Assembly (NCBI GenBank): GCA_017993955.1
Contig: JAGOLR010000004.1
Span: 3,601-67,600 of the forward strand
Reading direction: 5' to 3'
Origin: Candidatus Omnitrophota bacterium
GTDB lineage: Bacteria; Omnitrophota; Gorgyraeia; 2-01-FULL-45-10
Length of the DNA: 64,000 nt
In this document: positions 1 through 9,621 of the stretch, piece after piece
Numbering within the stretch: the stretch's first letter is position 1
How the letters are laid out: each line of letters opens with the position of its first letter
The notes under the pieces: model-generated
The model's input: only the letters and a program-made list of their open reading frames with translations
Told to the model about the DNA's origin: nothing
The model's database searches: none
Translations under genes and position numbers: made by a program

Positions 1-1667
1 TGGAACTCCTTACGGTAGATTATCGCTTCCTTCTTAGGCGTCCGGAACCTGTGAAGGCCGATATAGTCTTTATCGACATGGCCGAAGATTCCATAGATGC
101 CATAGGCCGCTGGCCCTGGCCCAGGAAATGGCATGCTGCACTTACCAGGATACTTTCCGAGTATGACCCTAAGGCAGTGGCGTTTGACGTGGTATTCGCC
201 GAACCGCAGGACGAGGTTAACGATGCTACCTTCGAAGAAGCATTGAAACTTGCGCAGAACGTGTACCTGCCTCTATCTTATGAACTGAGAGGCCGCACGG
301 GCGATAAGGTCTACGAGGGCGAAGGCGTCCAGTCTATAATAAGGCCCCTGGAGCGTTTTTCACAATGGTCAGCCGGTACCGGGCATATAAGCGCCGTTCC
401 GGATAGCGACGGAATCCTCCGGCGCGTATTTCCCATAATATCATCCGGTGACACCAAGACATATCAGCTTGGTTTCAGGCTTGCCTGCGATGCGCTTGGT
501 ATCAGGGAAAGCGATGTAATATTGGATCCCAAAGGGCATAATATAAGATTGCGTTCGGCGAAAGGCAAAGATATCAAGATACCGCTAGACGATAATAACG
601 AGATGATAATAAATTGGAAATCGCGCTGGGGCAAGGAGTTGCCCCATTACTCGTTCATAGATATCATACGCTCTTACGGCATGATAAAAGAAGGCCAGAA
701 GCCTATAGTGGATCTTGGGTTGCTAAAAGGTAAGATATGCATAGTCGGACTTACGGCTCTCGGCCTTATCGATATAAAGCCCGTACCTATTGAAAGCACA
801 TATCCCGCAGTAGGCGTAAACGCCATGGTGGCGGCGAGTCTCCTTAATAAAGATTTTGTTCGAACGACAAATTCTTGGGCCAATATACTTATAATTCTGG
901 CAGTGTCCATATTTTTCACTTTCCTGCTTTCCGAACTGCGGCCTCTTGGCGGCATGGCCGTAGCCGCATTCAGTATAATAGGTTATTTTCTATTATCATC
1001 TGCCATATTCGGGATATTCGGTCTCCTGGTTATAACGTTCTACCCGATGCTTGCCATATTCCTGTCGTATATCATTACGGCGGCTTATACGCAAGTGCTG
1101 CAAACCGTAGAAAGGTCCAGGCTTTTCAAGCAGGCTACCAGGGACGGTCTTACATCCCTTTATAATGTGCGACATTTCAACCTGCTTCTGGAGGCCGAGA
1201 TGAAGAGCGCTTCATTCGACAAGAACAGGCGGCTTTCCATAATGATGTTCGATATAGATAATTTCAAGAAATTGAACGATACCTATGGTCACCAATCCGG
1301 CGATGTCGTGCTAAAAGACTTTGCCAAGGTAATGCAGTCCAGATGCAGGCAGACAGATATCGTGGCAAGATACGGGGGTGAGGAATTCATAATATTGCTT
1401 CCGGGAGCCGGCAAGAAAGAGGCTGTGGAAGTTGCCGAAAAAATACGCATTGCGTTCGAAGGCAGAAAACCCAGACTTGGTAATGACACGGTCGTAACGA
1501 CTGCCAGTATAGGCGTTACGGAGTTCAGCGGGGAAAAGACAAGGGAAGAGTTGGTAGAGAAGGCTGACAAGGCGCTTTACCATTCAAAGCATACCGGAAA
1601 GAACAAGGTCTCGGTTTATGAGCCCGGAATGGAGAAGGCGCCTCCTCCACCTCCGGCTGCGCACTAA
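1..1667 (+). CDS. Diguanylate cyclase with CHASE2 sensor domain and GGDEF domain; the 5' end is truncated by the window edge (the reading frame is open back to base 3)
   Basis: N-terminal CHASE2-like motif GRWPWPR, a transmembrane block, and the GGDEF active-site motif RYGGEEF. The C terminus is proline-rich (PPPPPAAH). The frame upstream of the annotated M at 51 has no stop codon. Confidence 0.85.
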   Translation, partial: ELLTVDYRFLLRRPEPVKADIVFIDMAEDSIDAIGRWPWPRKWHAALTRILSEYDPKAVAFDVVFAEPQDEVNDATFEEALKLAQNVYLPLSYELRGRTGDKVYEGEGVQSIIRPLERFSQWSAGTGHISAVPDSDGILRRVFPIISSGDTKTYQLGFRLACDALGIRESDVILDPKGHNIRLRSAKGKDIKIPLDDNNEMIINWKSRWGKELPHYSFIDIIRSYGMIKEGQKPIVDLGLLKGKICIVGLTALGLIDIKPVPIESTYPAVGVNAMVAASLLNKDFVRTTNSWANILIILAVSIFFTFLLSELRPLGGMAVAAFSIIGYFLLSSAIFGIFGLLVITFYPMLAIFLSYIITAAYTQVLQTVERSRLFKQATRDGLTSLYNVRHFNLLLEAEMKSASFDKNRRLSIMMFDIDNFKKLNDTYGHQSGDVVLKDFAKVMQSRCRQTDIVARYGGEEFIILLPGAGKKEAVEVAEKIRIAFEGRKPRLGNDTVVTTASIGVTEFSGEKTREELVEKADKALYHSKHTGKNKVSVYEPGMEKAPPPPPAAH

Positions 1668-1682
1668 TTTCTAATTTTATTA

Positions 1683-3023
1683 TTATGCGGCAAGTCTTTT
1701 GTTAAGATCGCGGGCGAGGTCTTTTAAACGCTGAATTCTTACTGACTCCTCCGCATGGTAGAGAGGGAAAACGCTGTTATTGTGAATGAGTGGATCGGAA
1801 TCGGCTTTAAGGCCAGATTTTTTGTAATCAGGTGTTCCTGGTATCGGTGAATATTCTTCCAGATGTATCCGCAAACCTTCTTTTGACACGAACCTTACCG
1901 CTTCTTCGATCTCATCCATGGATTGGCCGGGAAGTCCTATAAGTAAATAAACACCTATCTCAGACCTGTCATAACCTGCCTTTGTAAGGTTTCTAACGGC
2001 TGCCTCGAAATCTTTATTTGTAGTCTTTCCGCCTGTAGAGAGTTGTCTTTCCTCGCGGCTCGTTTCCAGAGCGAGGCGAGGCCTTTGGAAACCGGACTCT
2101 TTCATGATGCGGGCCACATTCTCCGTTAGAAATTTATTATGAAGACCATTCGGGGTGAGGAAGTTGGCTTTGACGCCTTTCTCAATAATGCCTGAGGCTA
2201 TCTTAAGAAAATGTTCTTCGGCTTTAAATAAAAGCGCGTCATCATAGAAAGCAAAATTACATATTCCCATCGTGTTGTGGAAATATACTATCTCTTCGAT
2301 TACGAGTTCCGGCGGTTGCCTGTGAAATATTTCGTCTACCAGATACCAGCCGCAGTATGTGCATCTGAAAGGGCATCCATGAGATGTCTTCAGTGTTATA
2401 TATGGTATATCCCGATATAGGTCATAGGCTGGAAAAGTCTGCGGCAGTAGTCTTTTGGGGTCATCTATGAGCCTGCCGCCCAGTATTTTATCCAGGAATT
2501 CTATAGCTTTAGATATATCGGTTCCTTTGAATATGTGATCAGCGCCGCTTAATGAGTTGGCGTGATCGTAACAGAGGTTAGGGTAATTCCCGCCTAGAAC
2601 TACAGGCGATCCGGGAAATATTGCTTTGAGGAGCACTATCATATCTATATACGCGGGATACCAGTATGTCATTCCTGTAGTGACCAATATTATATCCGGA
2701 GCGCTTTCCTCCCCGAGGATATTCTTTACCGTCTGGATTGGCAGGCCGTATCTTTTGAACCGGCGGGGGGTATCTTTGAATGCGGGGGGTTTATCTATTG
2801 CCTCATATTGGTATGGGCCGCTGCCGTATGTATTGTGCGGATTTTTTTTAACATTGTCAGTTATGGCGGGATGGAACCTGTCAAGGCAATCTAGAAGCCT
2901 TACGGTACAACCCAGTCTTCTTAAGACACCGCCGATCCGGAGAAGGCCTAATGGCTTCGACCATAGGTCGTAGGCGGCGAAATCGTATATCCATGGGTTT
3001 ACAAGGAGTGCGCGGATTTGCAT
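1683..3023 (-). CDS. B12-binding-domain radical SAM protein
   Basis: CxxxCxxC radical-SAM motif (CPFRCTYC) in the middle of the protein. The N-terminal ~200 aa look like a B12-binding Rossmann-type domain, typical of class B radical SAM enzymes. Confidence 0.7.
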   Translation of the reverse strand: MQIRALLVNPWIYDFAAYDLWSKPLGLLRIGGVLRRLGCTVRLLDCLDRFHPAITDNVKKNPHNTYGSGPYQYEAIDKPPAFKDTPRRFKRYGLPIQTVKNILGEESAPDIILVTTGMTYWYPAYIDMIVLLKAIFPGSPVVLGGNYPNLCYDHANSLSGADHIFKGTDISKAIEFLDKILGGRLIDDPKRLLPQTFPAYDLYRDIPYITLKTSHGCPFRCTYCGWYLVDEIFHRQPPELVIEEIVYFHNTMGICNFAFYDDALLFKAEEHFLKIASGIIEKGVKANFLTPNGLHNKFLTENVARIMKESGFQRPRLALETSREERQLSTGGKTTNKDFEAAVRNLTKAGYDRSEIGVYLLIGLPGQSMDEIEEAVRFVSKEGLRIHLEEYSPIPGTPDYKKSGLKADSDPLIHNNSVFPLYHAEESVRIQRLKDLARDLNKRLAA

Positions 3024-3039
3024 CCTGATCGCTGAGGGG

Positions 3040-3429
3040 TTATTTCACGAGGTTTGATACTTCGGCTGAGATATCATCGCCCTTTTTTATGAATGCCACT
3101 CCGACATTGTATTGTCCGTCGTCGTTTTCTTCTATGCGTACCACCTTGCCGACGATCTTGTCGAGGACGATGAGGGCATTCTCTTCGATCTCCTTACATA
3201 TCTGGGTGGTCCTGTAGTCCAGGTCGAGGGCCAGTATGCTGGATATCTCAGGCAGATATTTGCTGGTGAATAGGATCCCCGATGCGCTTAGATTCTTGGA
3301 TACTGCGTTGACCAATTTTGACAGGGTTGCTTTATCACGCGAAGCTCCGACTATTTTGAAATTGATCGGTTTTTCGTGTTTATATCTGAAAAATTCTCGC
3401 CTTTCCGCGCCCGGATAGTTTTCGTTCAT
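3040..3429 (-). CDS. PilZ-domain protein (c-di-GMP receptor)
   Basis: RxxxR motif (RREFFR) followed about 30 aa later by the D/NxSxxG motif (NLSASG). The gene lies 16 nt upstream of the radical SAM gene on the same strand. Confidence 0.65.
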   Translation of the reverse strand: MNENYPGAERREFFRYKHEKPINFKIVGASRDKATLSKLVNAVSKNLSASGILFTSKYLPEISSILALDLDYRTTQICKEIEENALIVLDKIVGKVVRIEENDDGQYNVGVAFIKKGDDISAEVSNLVK

Positions 3430-3504
3430 TCGGCCCTCCTAGAGTTAGTTAGATTTTACATAAGATAAGGCTTGAAAGCAAGAGAAAATGAGGGCGGTTG
3501 GGGC

Positions 3505-4566
3505 CTATGCCTCGATAATATTATAAATGGTCTTCCCGAGCCCATGCTCCCCTGCGTAATCGATCATATCGTTAAATATATCCCGATCTTTTGCGAAGAA
3601 ATCGGTCTTCTTATTTTTTGTTATCATATCTATCGTGGCTTGTTCTATGGCGAGTATGTCATACGAGCCAAGAAAGCCTATGTTTTCGGATACCATTATA
3701 TCGTCTTTTGAAGATATGCAATCGCATTCCTTTGTGATGTCGAGCGCGCTTGTTATGAAAAACTTATTTTTAAAACGAGAGAGCACGAACTTCGCTACGT
3801 CGACCATTCTCCTTGAAAAGACATGCGGGTCCTCATCCCAATTCAATAATATTGCGTTAAATTTACAGGCGCAAAGGCACTCGCCGCATCCCACGCATAT
3901 AGATTGATCTATTCCGGCCTTTTTATCGGAGATCGTTATCGCCCGTACCGGGCATATCTTTATGCATTGCCCGCATCCGGTGCACGATCTTGTTATAACG
4001 CTGGGCTTTAAGGAGGAGTGCTGGACTTGTTTTGTCGGTCTGCAAGCCATACCCATAGCTATGTTTTTTATAGCCCCGGCATATTTTGAAACTATATGTC
4101 CAGTCGCGTGTGTTATAACGACCAGGCTCTCAGTCATCCCTACAAATGACGGGACTTTTATTTTGGATATATCGGGCGAACCGATATCATACTCCTTGCC
4201 GTCGTTGCCGAATATTCCGTCTGCGATTATAAACGGGGCTCCGATCCTGGAATATCCGAAACCTTTCTTCTCGGCCAGCGATAGATGGTCTACCGCGTTT
4301 TGGCGTTCACCCTTGTAAATTACAGATGTGTCGAACAGGAAAGGCTTCGCTCCGCACTTTTTTATCTGGGTTATTACTATCCCTACGAGTTCCGGACTGA
4401 CATGATGAACGCATCCGGAATCGCCTATAGTGATCTTTACCGGCACGTATTCGCCTTTGGCGAATTTTTTGAAAGGGTCTGCCTTAGCCAGGAGTTTTTT
4501 AAGGGCTATTAGCCTATCTTCGGGCCTATTCGTATTTACAGGGGAGAGGTAGACGTCGCTTTTCAT
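3505..4566 (-). CDS. DUF362 domain protein with two 4Fe-4S ferredoxin motifs
   Basis: N terminus resembles the DUF362 family (MKSDVY...KPFLFDT...). It contains CTGCGQCIKICP and CVGCGECLCACKF ferredoxin-type cysteine clusters. Its start overlaps the stop of the upstream MBL gene by 4 nt. Confidence 0.7.
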   Translation of the reverse strand: MKSDVYLSPVNTNRPEDRLIALKKLLAKADPFKKFAKGEYVPVKITIGDSGCVHHVSPELVGIVITQIKKCGAKPFLFDTSVIYKGERQNAVDHLSLAEKKGFGYSRIGAPFIIADGIFGNDGKEYDIGSPDISKIKVPSFVGMTESLVVITHATGHIVSKYAGAIKNIAMGMACRPTKQVQHSSLKPSVITRSCTGCGQCIKICPVRAITISDKKAGIDQSICVGCGECLCACKFNAILLNWDEDPHVFSRRMVDVAKFVLSRFKNKFFITSALDITKECDCISSKDDIMVSENIGFLGSYDILAIEQATIDMITKNKKTDFFAKDRDIFNDMIDYAGEHGLGKTIYNIIEA

Positions 4567-5303
4567 ATCTCTATCTCTTTTCCGTCCGTTGCGGCGACGG
4601 TATTACCGAATATGCGCTTTGCTATATTTTGCGCCTCCAGGCGGTCTTCCAAAGACGGGTATCTGGCCGGGTCAAAGTGGTATAATACCAGCATCTTGGC
4701 GCCCGACTCTGCAATGGCCGTTGCGGCGGACTCAGGATTTAAATGCGAAGACCCTTTCGTCTCTTCTCCCGATCTGAAAGCGCACTCGGTTATTACCAGG
4801 TCGGCATCACGCGATAGCTCTCTTAAGCCCTGGCAATCTTCTGTATCGGTGCAGAAGCTTGCGTATTTTTTTGCGGAAGATACTCTAAATCCATAACAGG
4901 GCACCGCGTGGGAGAGTTTTTTAAACTCAAAACCGAAAGGTAGCCGTAAATGTTCATCGTACTCATGCAACCTCACAAGCGGCGCCATGCTTTCCAGGGG
5001 TCTGGTGAAAGGCTTTGCGAGTAAAGACTCGAGTATTTTCTTAGAACCCGGCTGTGTGTATATATCGATTCCCTGAGGATAGCGGAATATCGGCAGCACA
5101 TGGAGCCCTATGATATGATCCAGGTGGAGATGGCTTATAAACAGGTATATAGGCTTGTCGTCTTTTATATATCTGCCGAGTTTGTGCAGGCCGAATCCCG
5201 CGTCAAAGATTATATGCTCGGATCCCGTTTCTGCCAGAACGCACGGAGTGTTGCCGGTCTCGGTATCGTACCATCCGTTAGTGCCAAGAAATATTATCTT
5301 CAT
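4563..5303 (-). CDS. MBL-fold metallo-hydrolase (RNase Z / PhnP-like)
   Basis: HxHxDH metal-binding motif (SHLHLDHIIG) and the typical MKIIFLGT...GNTP N terminus. Confidence 0.7.
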   Translation of the reverse strand: MKIIFLGTNGWYDTETGNTPCVLAETGSEHIIFDAGFGLHKLGRYIKDDKPIYLFISHLHLDHIIGLHVLPIFRYPQGIDIYTQPGSKKILESLLAKPFTRPLESMAPLVRLHEYDEHLRLPFGFEFKKLSHAVPCYGFRVSSAKKYASFCTDTEDCQGLRELSRDADLVITECAFRSGEETKGSSHLNPESAATAIAESGAKMLVLYHFDPARYPSLEDRLEAQNIAKRIFGNTVAATDGKEIEI

Positions 5304-5317
5304 TGTGACCGTTGTAT

Positions 5318-5962
5318 CTATAGGTATTTAACCATTTGCAGATATTCAAAACTGTTGCTTCCGCACTTTATAGTAGGAAGTTTTCGTTCTATCTCAAAAC
5401 CGAGCTTGCGTCTCAGCGATATGGCGGGTGTATTGACATTTTTTACGTTTACGACTACTCTTTTAAGACCCCTGACTCTGGCCTGGTTTTCAGATATGCT
5501 GAACAATTTAGCTCCCAGGCCTCTGGCCCTGAACTTAGGGTATAGGGCAGAATTGGAGGAATACATATCGGTCTTTTTTATTCTGGCGAATACAGGGGCC
5601 ATCTTGATCAAAAAAAACAGTTTTTTTATTGTATGCCATTTCAGATTTTTAGCTAAAAGAATAAGGAACGGAATCAGCCCCCGTTCTTTTGCGCTGTGGT
5701 CATAAAATAAGGTCATGCCGGCGACCTCACCGTCGCATTCCATGAAATAAGTGTGCTGGTAGCTGAATAAATTATTAGGATGGCGGAATAGATCCTGGAG
5801 TATCGGCAGTGGGTCCGGGCCGAAAAGGATATTATAATATTCCGGAGCAGTGTACATTACAAGCCTTGAGAAATCTGCGGCATCTTGAGGGCGTCCGGGC
5901 CTTATGACTATATTACCGGTATCATCGTTTTGCTGTAATATAGTTTGCGATGAAGGCTGCAC
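5318..5962 (-). CDS. GNAT family N-acetyltransferase (putative)
   Basis: The C-terminal region carries a GNAT-like acetyl-CoA binding pattern (ARVRGLKRVVVNV...RRKLGFEI). The domain assignment is tentative. Confidence 0.45.
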   Translation of the reverse strand: MQPSSQTILQQNDDTGNIVIRPGRPQDAADFSRLVMYTAPEYYNILFGPDPLPILQDLFRHPNNLFSYQHTYFMECDGEVAGMTLFYDHSAKERGLIPFLILLAKNLKWHTIKKLFFLIKMAPVFARIKKTDMYSSNSALYPKFRARGLGAKLFSISENQARVRGLKRVVVNVKNVNTPAISLRRKLGFEIERKLPTIKCGSNSFEYLQMVKYL

Positions 5963-5971
5963 TTTATTCCC

Positions 5972-6358
5972 TTATCTCTTGGCCCTGTCTTTTCTTCCCG
6001 GAATGAAACTGTCTGTCTGGCCTATCTTTCCTTTTATATCGTTGTAAAGCGCGTTTATAGCTATTTTCCGGTCTTTTATCTCCTTATCCACTTCTTCTTT
6101 TACCTTTTCTATAAGCGCTTTATCTTTGGTCTTTTTGGCCTCATCGAGTCTTTTGCGGGCGGCTATTATCGCATTGCGTTCCTGGGCTATTTTGGCTTTG
6201 GCGTTTAAAACATAATCTTTAGCGCTCTCCTTTTCGCCGGCACGGGCCAAAAGGTCGTTGCGATCAAGGACCTCAGCTTTAGACACCCCGGGTACGGTAA
6301 GGCCTAGTGCCAAAATCATAAAAGTTAAATAGAAGGATATCCTATACGGAATTCCCAC
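5972..6358 (-). CDS. Secreted coiled-coil protein, OmpH/Skp-like periplasmic chaperone candidate
   Basis: Signal peptide followed by a Lys/Glu-rich coiled-coil of ~100 aa. Confidence 0.35.
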   Translation of the reverse strand: MGIPYRISFYLTFMILALGLTVPGVSKAEVLDRNDLLARAGEKESAKDYVLNAKAKIAQERNAIIAARKRLDEAKKTKDKALIEKVKEEVDKEIKDRKIAINALYNDIKGKIGQTDSFIPGRKDRAKR

Positions 6359-6398
6359 GGTTTTATCTCCCGCGTTTATTTTTACAAAGCAAAAAGAA

Positions 6399-7382
6399 CT
6401 AAAGCCACTTTCTGCGTTTAAAGTATATAAGCATGGAGGTGGTTATAAGTACCATGGTAATTATTATGATCGGATAGCCCATTGGGCTATCGAGTTCGGG
6501 CATGTGTTTAAAATTCATGCCGTATATACTTGCGATTAATGTCAGCGGCATCATTATGGTGGTTATTACGGTGAGGGTTTTCATTATCTCATTCAACCGG
6601 TTAGAGACTATAGATACATATGCTTCCATTGCGCCGGCTATTATATCGCGCATCGCTCCTACGGTATCGTTGAAACGCACCATGTTATCGTAGACATTAC
6701 GGAAGTAAGTGAGGCTGGAAGGCATGATGAATTTGAATGTTCCGCGGGTAAGGAGGCTTATTATGTCCGCCTGCGGACCTACGGTACGCCTTAAGTTCAT
6801 GATCTCATTTTTTATATAGTATATCTTTTTTAACGTATCCTGATTGGGAGATTTGAAAAGCTCATCGCTCATGTCGTCTACGGTCTTGTCGAATTCGGTG
6901 AGTATAGGGAAGTAGTTGTCTATGCATGAGTCCAGAATGGAATACAGGAGCATATCGGAGCCGTACATCATCATCGGCGACTGCTTGCGGACCCTCTCTT
7001 TGCAGGTGCATATGGAAGCGAATGATTCGGTGTGGAATGTGATGAGGAAGTTCTTGCCGAGGCAGCAATCGAGCTCCGTCATTTGCATTCTTCCGCTCTG
7101 TCCGTTATTAGATGCCTGCGACGCTTTTATAGAGAATATGGCCAGGAATAGATAGTCAGGGAATTCTTCTATCTTCGGTCTGGCGTTAGGCATTATGAAG
7201 TCTTCTATGGTCAGGGGGTGAAGATTGAATACATTCGTGAGGAGATCTATATCGCTATCGTCGATGTCGGATACGTCAAGCCACAATGTGGCCTTTTCGT
7301 CTTTTACGGCGTCAGTCATCTCCTGGATCGTCAAGTCGGTTTTGAATCCGCGTTCCGGATGGTAGTAGTAATTTTCGTACAT
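6399..7382 (-). CDS. corA: Magnesium/cobalt transporter CorA
   Basis: YGMNF signature immediately before two C-terminal TM helices; overall CorA architecture. Confidence 0.85.
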   Translation of the reverse strand: MYENYYYHPERGFKTDLTIQEMTDAVKDEKATLWLDVSDIDDSDIDLLTNVFNLHPLTIEDFIMPNARPKIEEFPDYLFLAIFSIKASQASNNGQSGRMQMTELDCCLGKNFLITFHTESFASICTCKERVRKQSPMMMYGSDMLLYSILDSCIDNYFPILTEFDKTVDDMSDELFKSPNQDTLKKIYYIKNEIMNLRRTVGPQADIISLLTRGTFKFIMPSSLTYFRNVYDNMVRFNDTVGAMRDIIAGAMEAYVSIVSNRLNEIMKTLTVITTIMMPLTLIASIYGMNFKHMPELDSPMGYPIIIITMVLITTSMLIYFKRRKWL

Positions 7383-7464
7383 ATATATCCTGGATTTATC
7401 TTAAATTGTTATATTATTTTACCCCAAAATATAAAAGCTGTCCATTCATTATAGCGGTGTAAAG

Positions 7465-8382
7465 TCAACTCTTCCGGTTCCATATACCTGCCAAAATAGC
7501 CGCGCTAATTATGCACCATGTAGCAAAGATGGCATTAGGTATAGCTGCCTGCGGGGAGGCGTGCTTTATGGCAAGGACCGCGCCAAGTCCCGCGTTTTGC
7601 ATGCCTACCCCTATAGCAAGGGTGCGCTTCTGGCGTTTATCAAACCTGAATAGCATACCTGCCAAATAACCCAATATAAGTCCGGATAGATTCAGAATGA
7701 CTACGGCTATAAAGATCTTTCCCGTCAAGTGTTTCAGAGAATCTCTGTTAAGGGCTAGAACAAAGCCGCAAATAAAAGCGATAAATACGCTGGAGAGGGC
7801 CGGAAATATAGCGCGCATCTTCTCAACCTTTTTGCCGAACCTATGCCGGGTTATTAATCCTGCGCAAAGCGGTATTATTACCATGAAAATTATACTGATG
7901 AACATAGGCCAAAAACTTACCGGTATATACTCCCGCGCCAAGATATAGGTAAGAGCCGGTGTGACGATGGGGGAGATGAGAGTGGTTCCTGTGGTAAGCG
8001 CTACGGAGAGCGCTACATCGCCTTCGGCTATATAAGTCATCACGCCGGCCGCCATAGCGTCCGGCACCGCGCCGGCCAATATAAGGCCGAATGCCAAATC
8101 ACGCGGAAGGTCCAGCGTTTTTGCTATTATGAATGCGGAAACAGGCATGATGGCAAATTGTGCGATTATCCCTAAAAATACTATTCGCGGTTTTCTAAAT
8201 ATTGGTTCGAAATCTTTGTGGGAAAGGAGGGTTCCTATCCCGAACATTGTCAGGGCGAAGAACCATTCGATGAAAGGTTTCAGGATTATGAAAAGATCCG
8301 GAAAGAAGTATGCCGATATTGCGGTAGCGGCCACCCATAATACAAGGTATCGTGTGATAAAGTTGGATACTTTGTTTAACAT
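7465..8382 (-). CDS. Bile acid:sodium symporter (BASS) family transporter
   Basis: Polytopic membrane protein whose N terminus (FPDLFIILKPFIEW...) and size fit the BASS/ACR3-related family. Confidence 0.6.
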   Translation of the reverse strand: MLNKVSNFITRYLVLWVAATAISAYFFPDLFIILKPFIEWFFALTMFGIGTLLSHKDFEPIFRKPRIVFLGIIAQFAIMPVSAFIIAKTLDLPRDLAFGLILAGAVPDAMAAGVMTYIAEGDVALSVALTTGTTLISPIVTPALTYILAREYIPVSFWPMFISIIFMVIIPLCAGLITRHRFGKKVEKMRAIFPALSSVFIAFICGFVLALNRDSLKHLTGKIFIAVVILNLSGLILGYLAGMLFRFDKRQKRTLAIGVGMQNAGLGAVLAIKHASPQAAIPNAIFATWCIISAAILAGIWNRKS

Positions 8383-8383
8383 G

Positions 8384-9535
8384 CTATTCGATTGTCTTTA
8401 CCGTATTATCTCCGGCCTTTATCCAATCCTCGTCTGTCACAAAATGGGCTATCGTCTCCCGGCCGTTGTATGAGTAAAGCACATGTATTAATCCGTACCT
8501 GTCCTGCATCAAAGAGGGGTAGGTATTTGGATATTGGGTATCGTATTCTATGACTCTCCTGTAAGGCCAGGTCTTCCCTTCGTCGAGCGACAGCGATAAT
8601 ACCATCTCATGAAGATTCTTTTTGTCATCATTGGATGCGAGAACTATGTGACCGTTATTGAGCCTGATCATTTCGAGGCATGTACCCGGATTGTCGACAT
8701 TGGAATATTTGCGGGTTTTCCAGTTTGAGCCTTGATCAGGACTTATGGCCTGCCAGGCAAGTCTCGGAGGCATGCCCGTTCTCATAAGGGCGAATAAACT
8801 CTTGTCGGAGCGCTCTATTATCGTAGGCTGTATACCGAAAAATAAGAGCATATATTTTGGACCCTGCCAGGTCATCCCACCGTCCTTGGATATGGCTACT
8901 GCAGACGAGGTGCTGAGGTCGGTGTATATAGGCAGTATTATATCTCCGTTACTGAGCCTAAGTAGGTGGGTTTTGGGCAGAAACCATGTCAGGTTTTCTA
9001 TTTGCCGGGCTTTACCCCATGTGCGTCCGAAGTCGTCTGACGTCTTCATGTATATCTCGTCTTTTACAAGTTTCCATATCCTTTTTTCGGTGGCCCAGAA
9101 CAGGAATAATTTATTATCCGTTCCCAGATAAAGGACAGGGTTCTTGTCGGAATGCCCTCGGTCATAATGAACTACGTAAGGTTTTGTCCATTCGCTTGCT
9201 CCCGGGAGCCTTCTGGATCCCCATATCATGGAGTGCGGACTCCATTTAGGAGGCGCGTACCATACAGCGAATAATCCTCCATCGGGAAGTTCGACTATGC
9301 TAGAGGCATGATTTGAGTGGTAATTCGCCGGAGGGAATATAAACTCTTTATAAGGCAGCTTTGGATATATCTCTGACGGCCTATCGGTTATCAATTCTCT
9401 GATCGGGATGGTTTTATTTTTGGATAGAATTGAGGTATCCGCGTTCACATTATCTTTATATGACATCCTGGCCATAAGGAAGACTATGGACGATATGAAT
9501 GCTACGGATACAACAAGATATGAGTTTCTTTTCAT
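8384..9535 (-). CDS. BNR/Asp-box repeat glycosyl hydrolase (sialidase-like), membrane anchored
   Basis: Three Asp-box repeats SxDxGxTW (TSDDFGRTWG, SKDGGMTWQ, SLDEGKTWP) and an N-terminal signal anchor. Confidence 0.65.
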   Translation of the reverse strand: MKRNSYLVVSVAFISSIVFLMARMSYKDNVNADTSILSKNKTIPIRELITDRPSEIYPKLPYKEFIFPPANYHSNHASSIVELPDGGLFAVWYAPPKWSPHSMIWGSRRLPGASEWTKPYVVHYDRGHSDKNPVLYLGTDNKLFLFWATEKRIWKLVKDEIYMKTSDDFGRTWGKARQIENLTWFLPKTHLLRLSNGDIILPIYTDLSTSSAVAISKDGGMTWQGPKYMLLFFGIQPTIIERSDKSLFALMRTGMPPRLAWQAISPDQGSNWKTRKYSNVDNPGTCLEMIRLNNGHIVLASNDDKKNLHEMVLSLSLDEGKTWPYRRVIEYDTQYPNTYPSLMQDRYGLIHVLYSYNGRETIAHFVTDEDWIKAGDNTVKTIE

Positions 9536-9621
9536 AATACGGCTCTACCTCTTTCTTTATAAAAGGAGTGGCTCTGCCAAAGCAGGGGGAATATGTATGG
9601 GGCTAATTTTTTAGGCTGGCC

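Noticed and set aside
3472-3711. 79-aa plus-strand ORF in the gap before the DUF362 gene, considered as a possible radical-SAM precursor peptide
   Set aside because: It overlaps the DUF362 coding region on the opposite strand for most of its length. It has no RBS and a composition unlike RiPP precursors.
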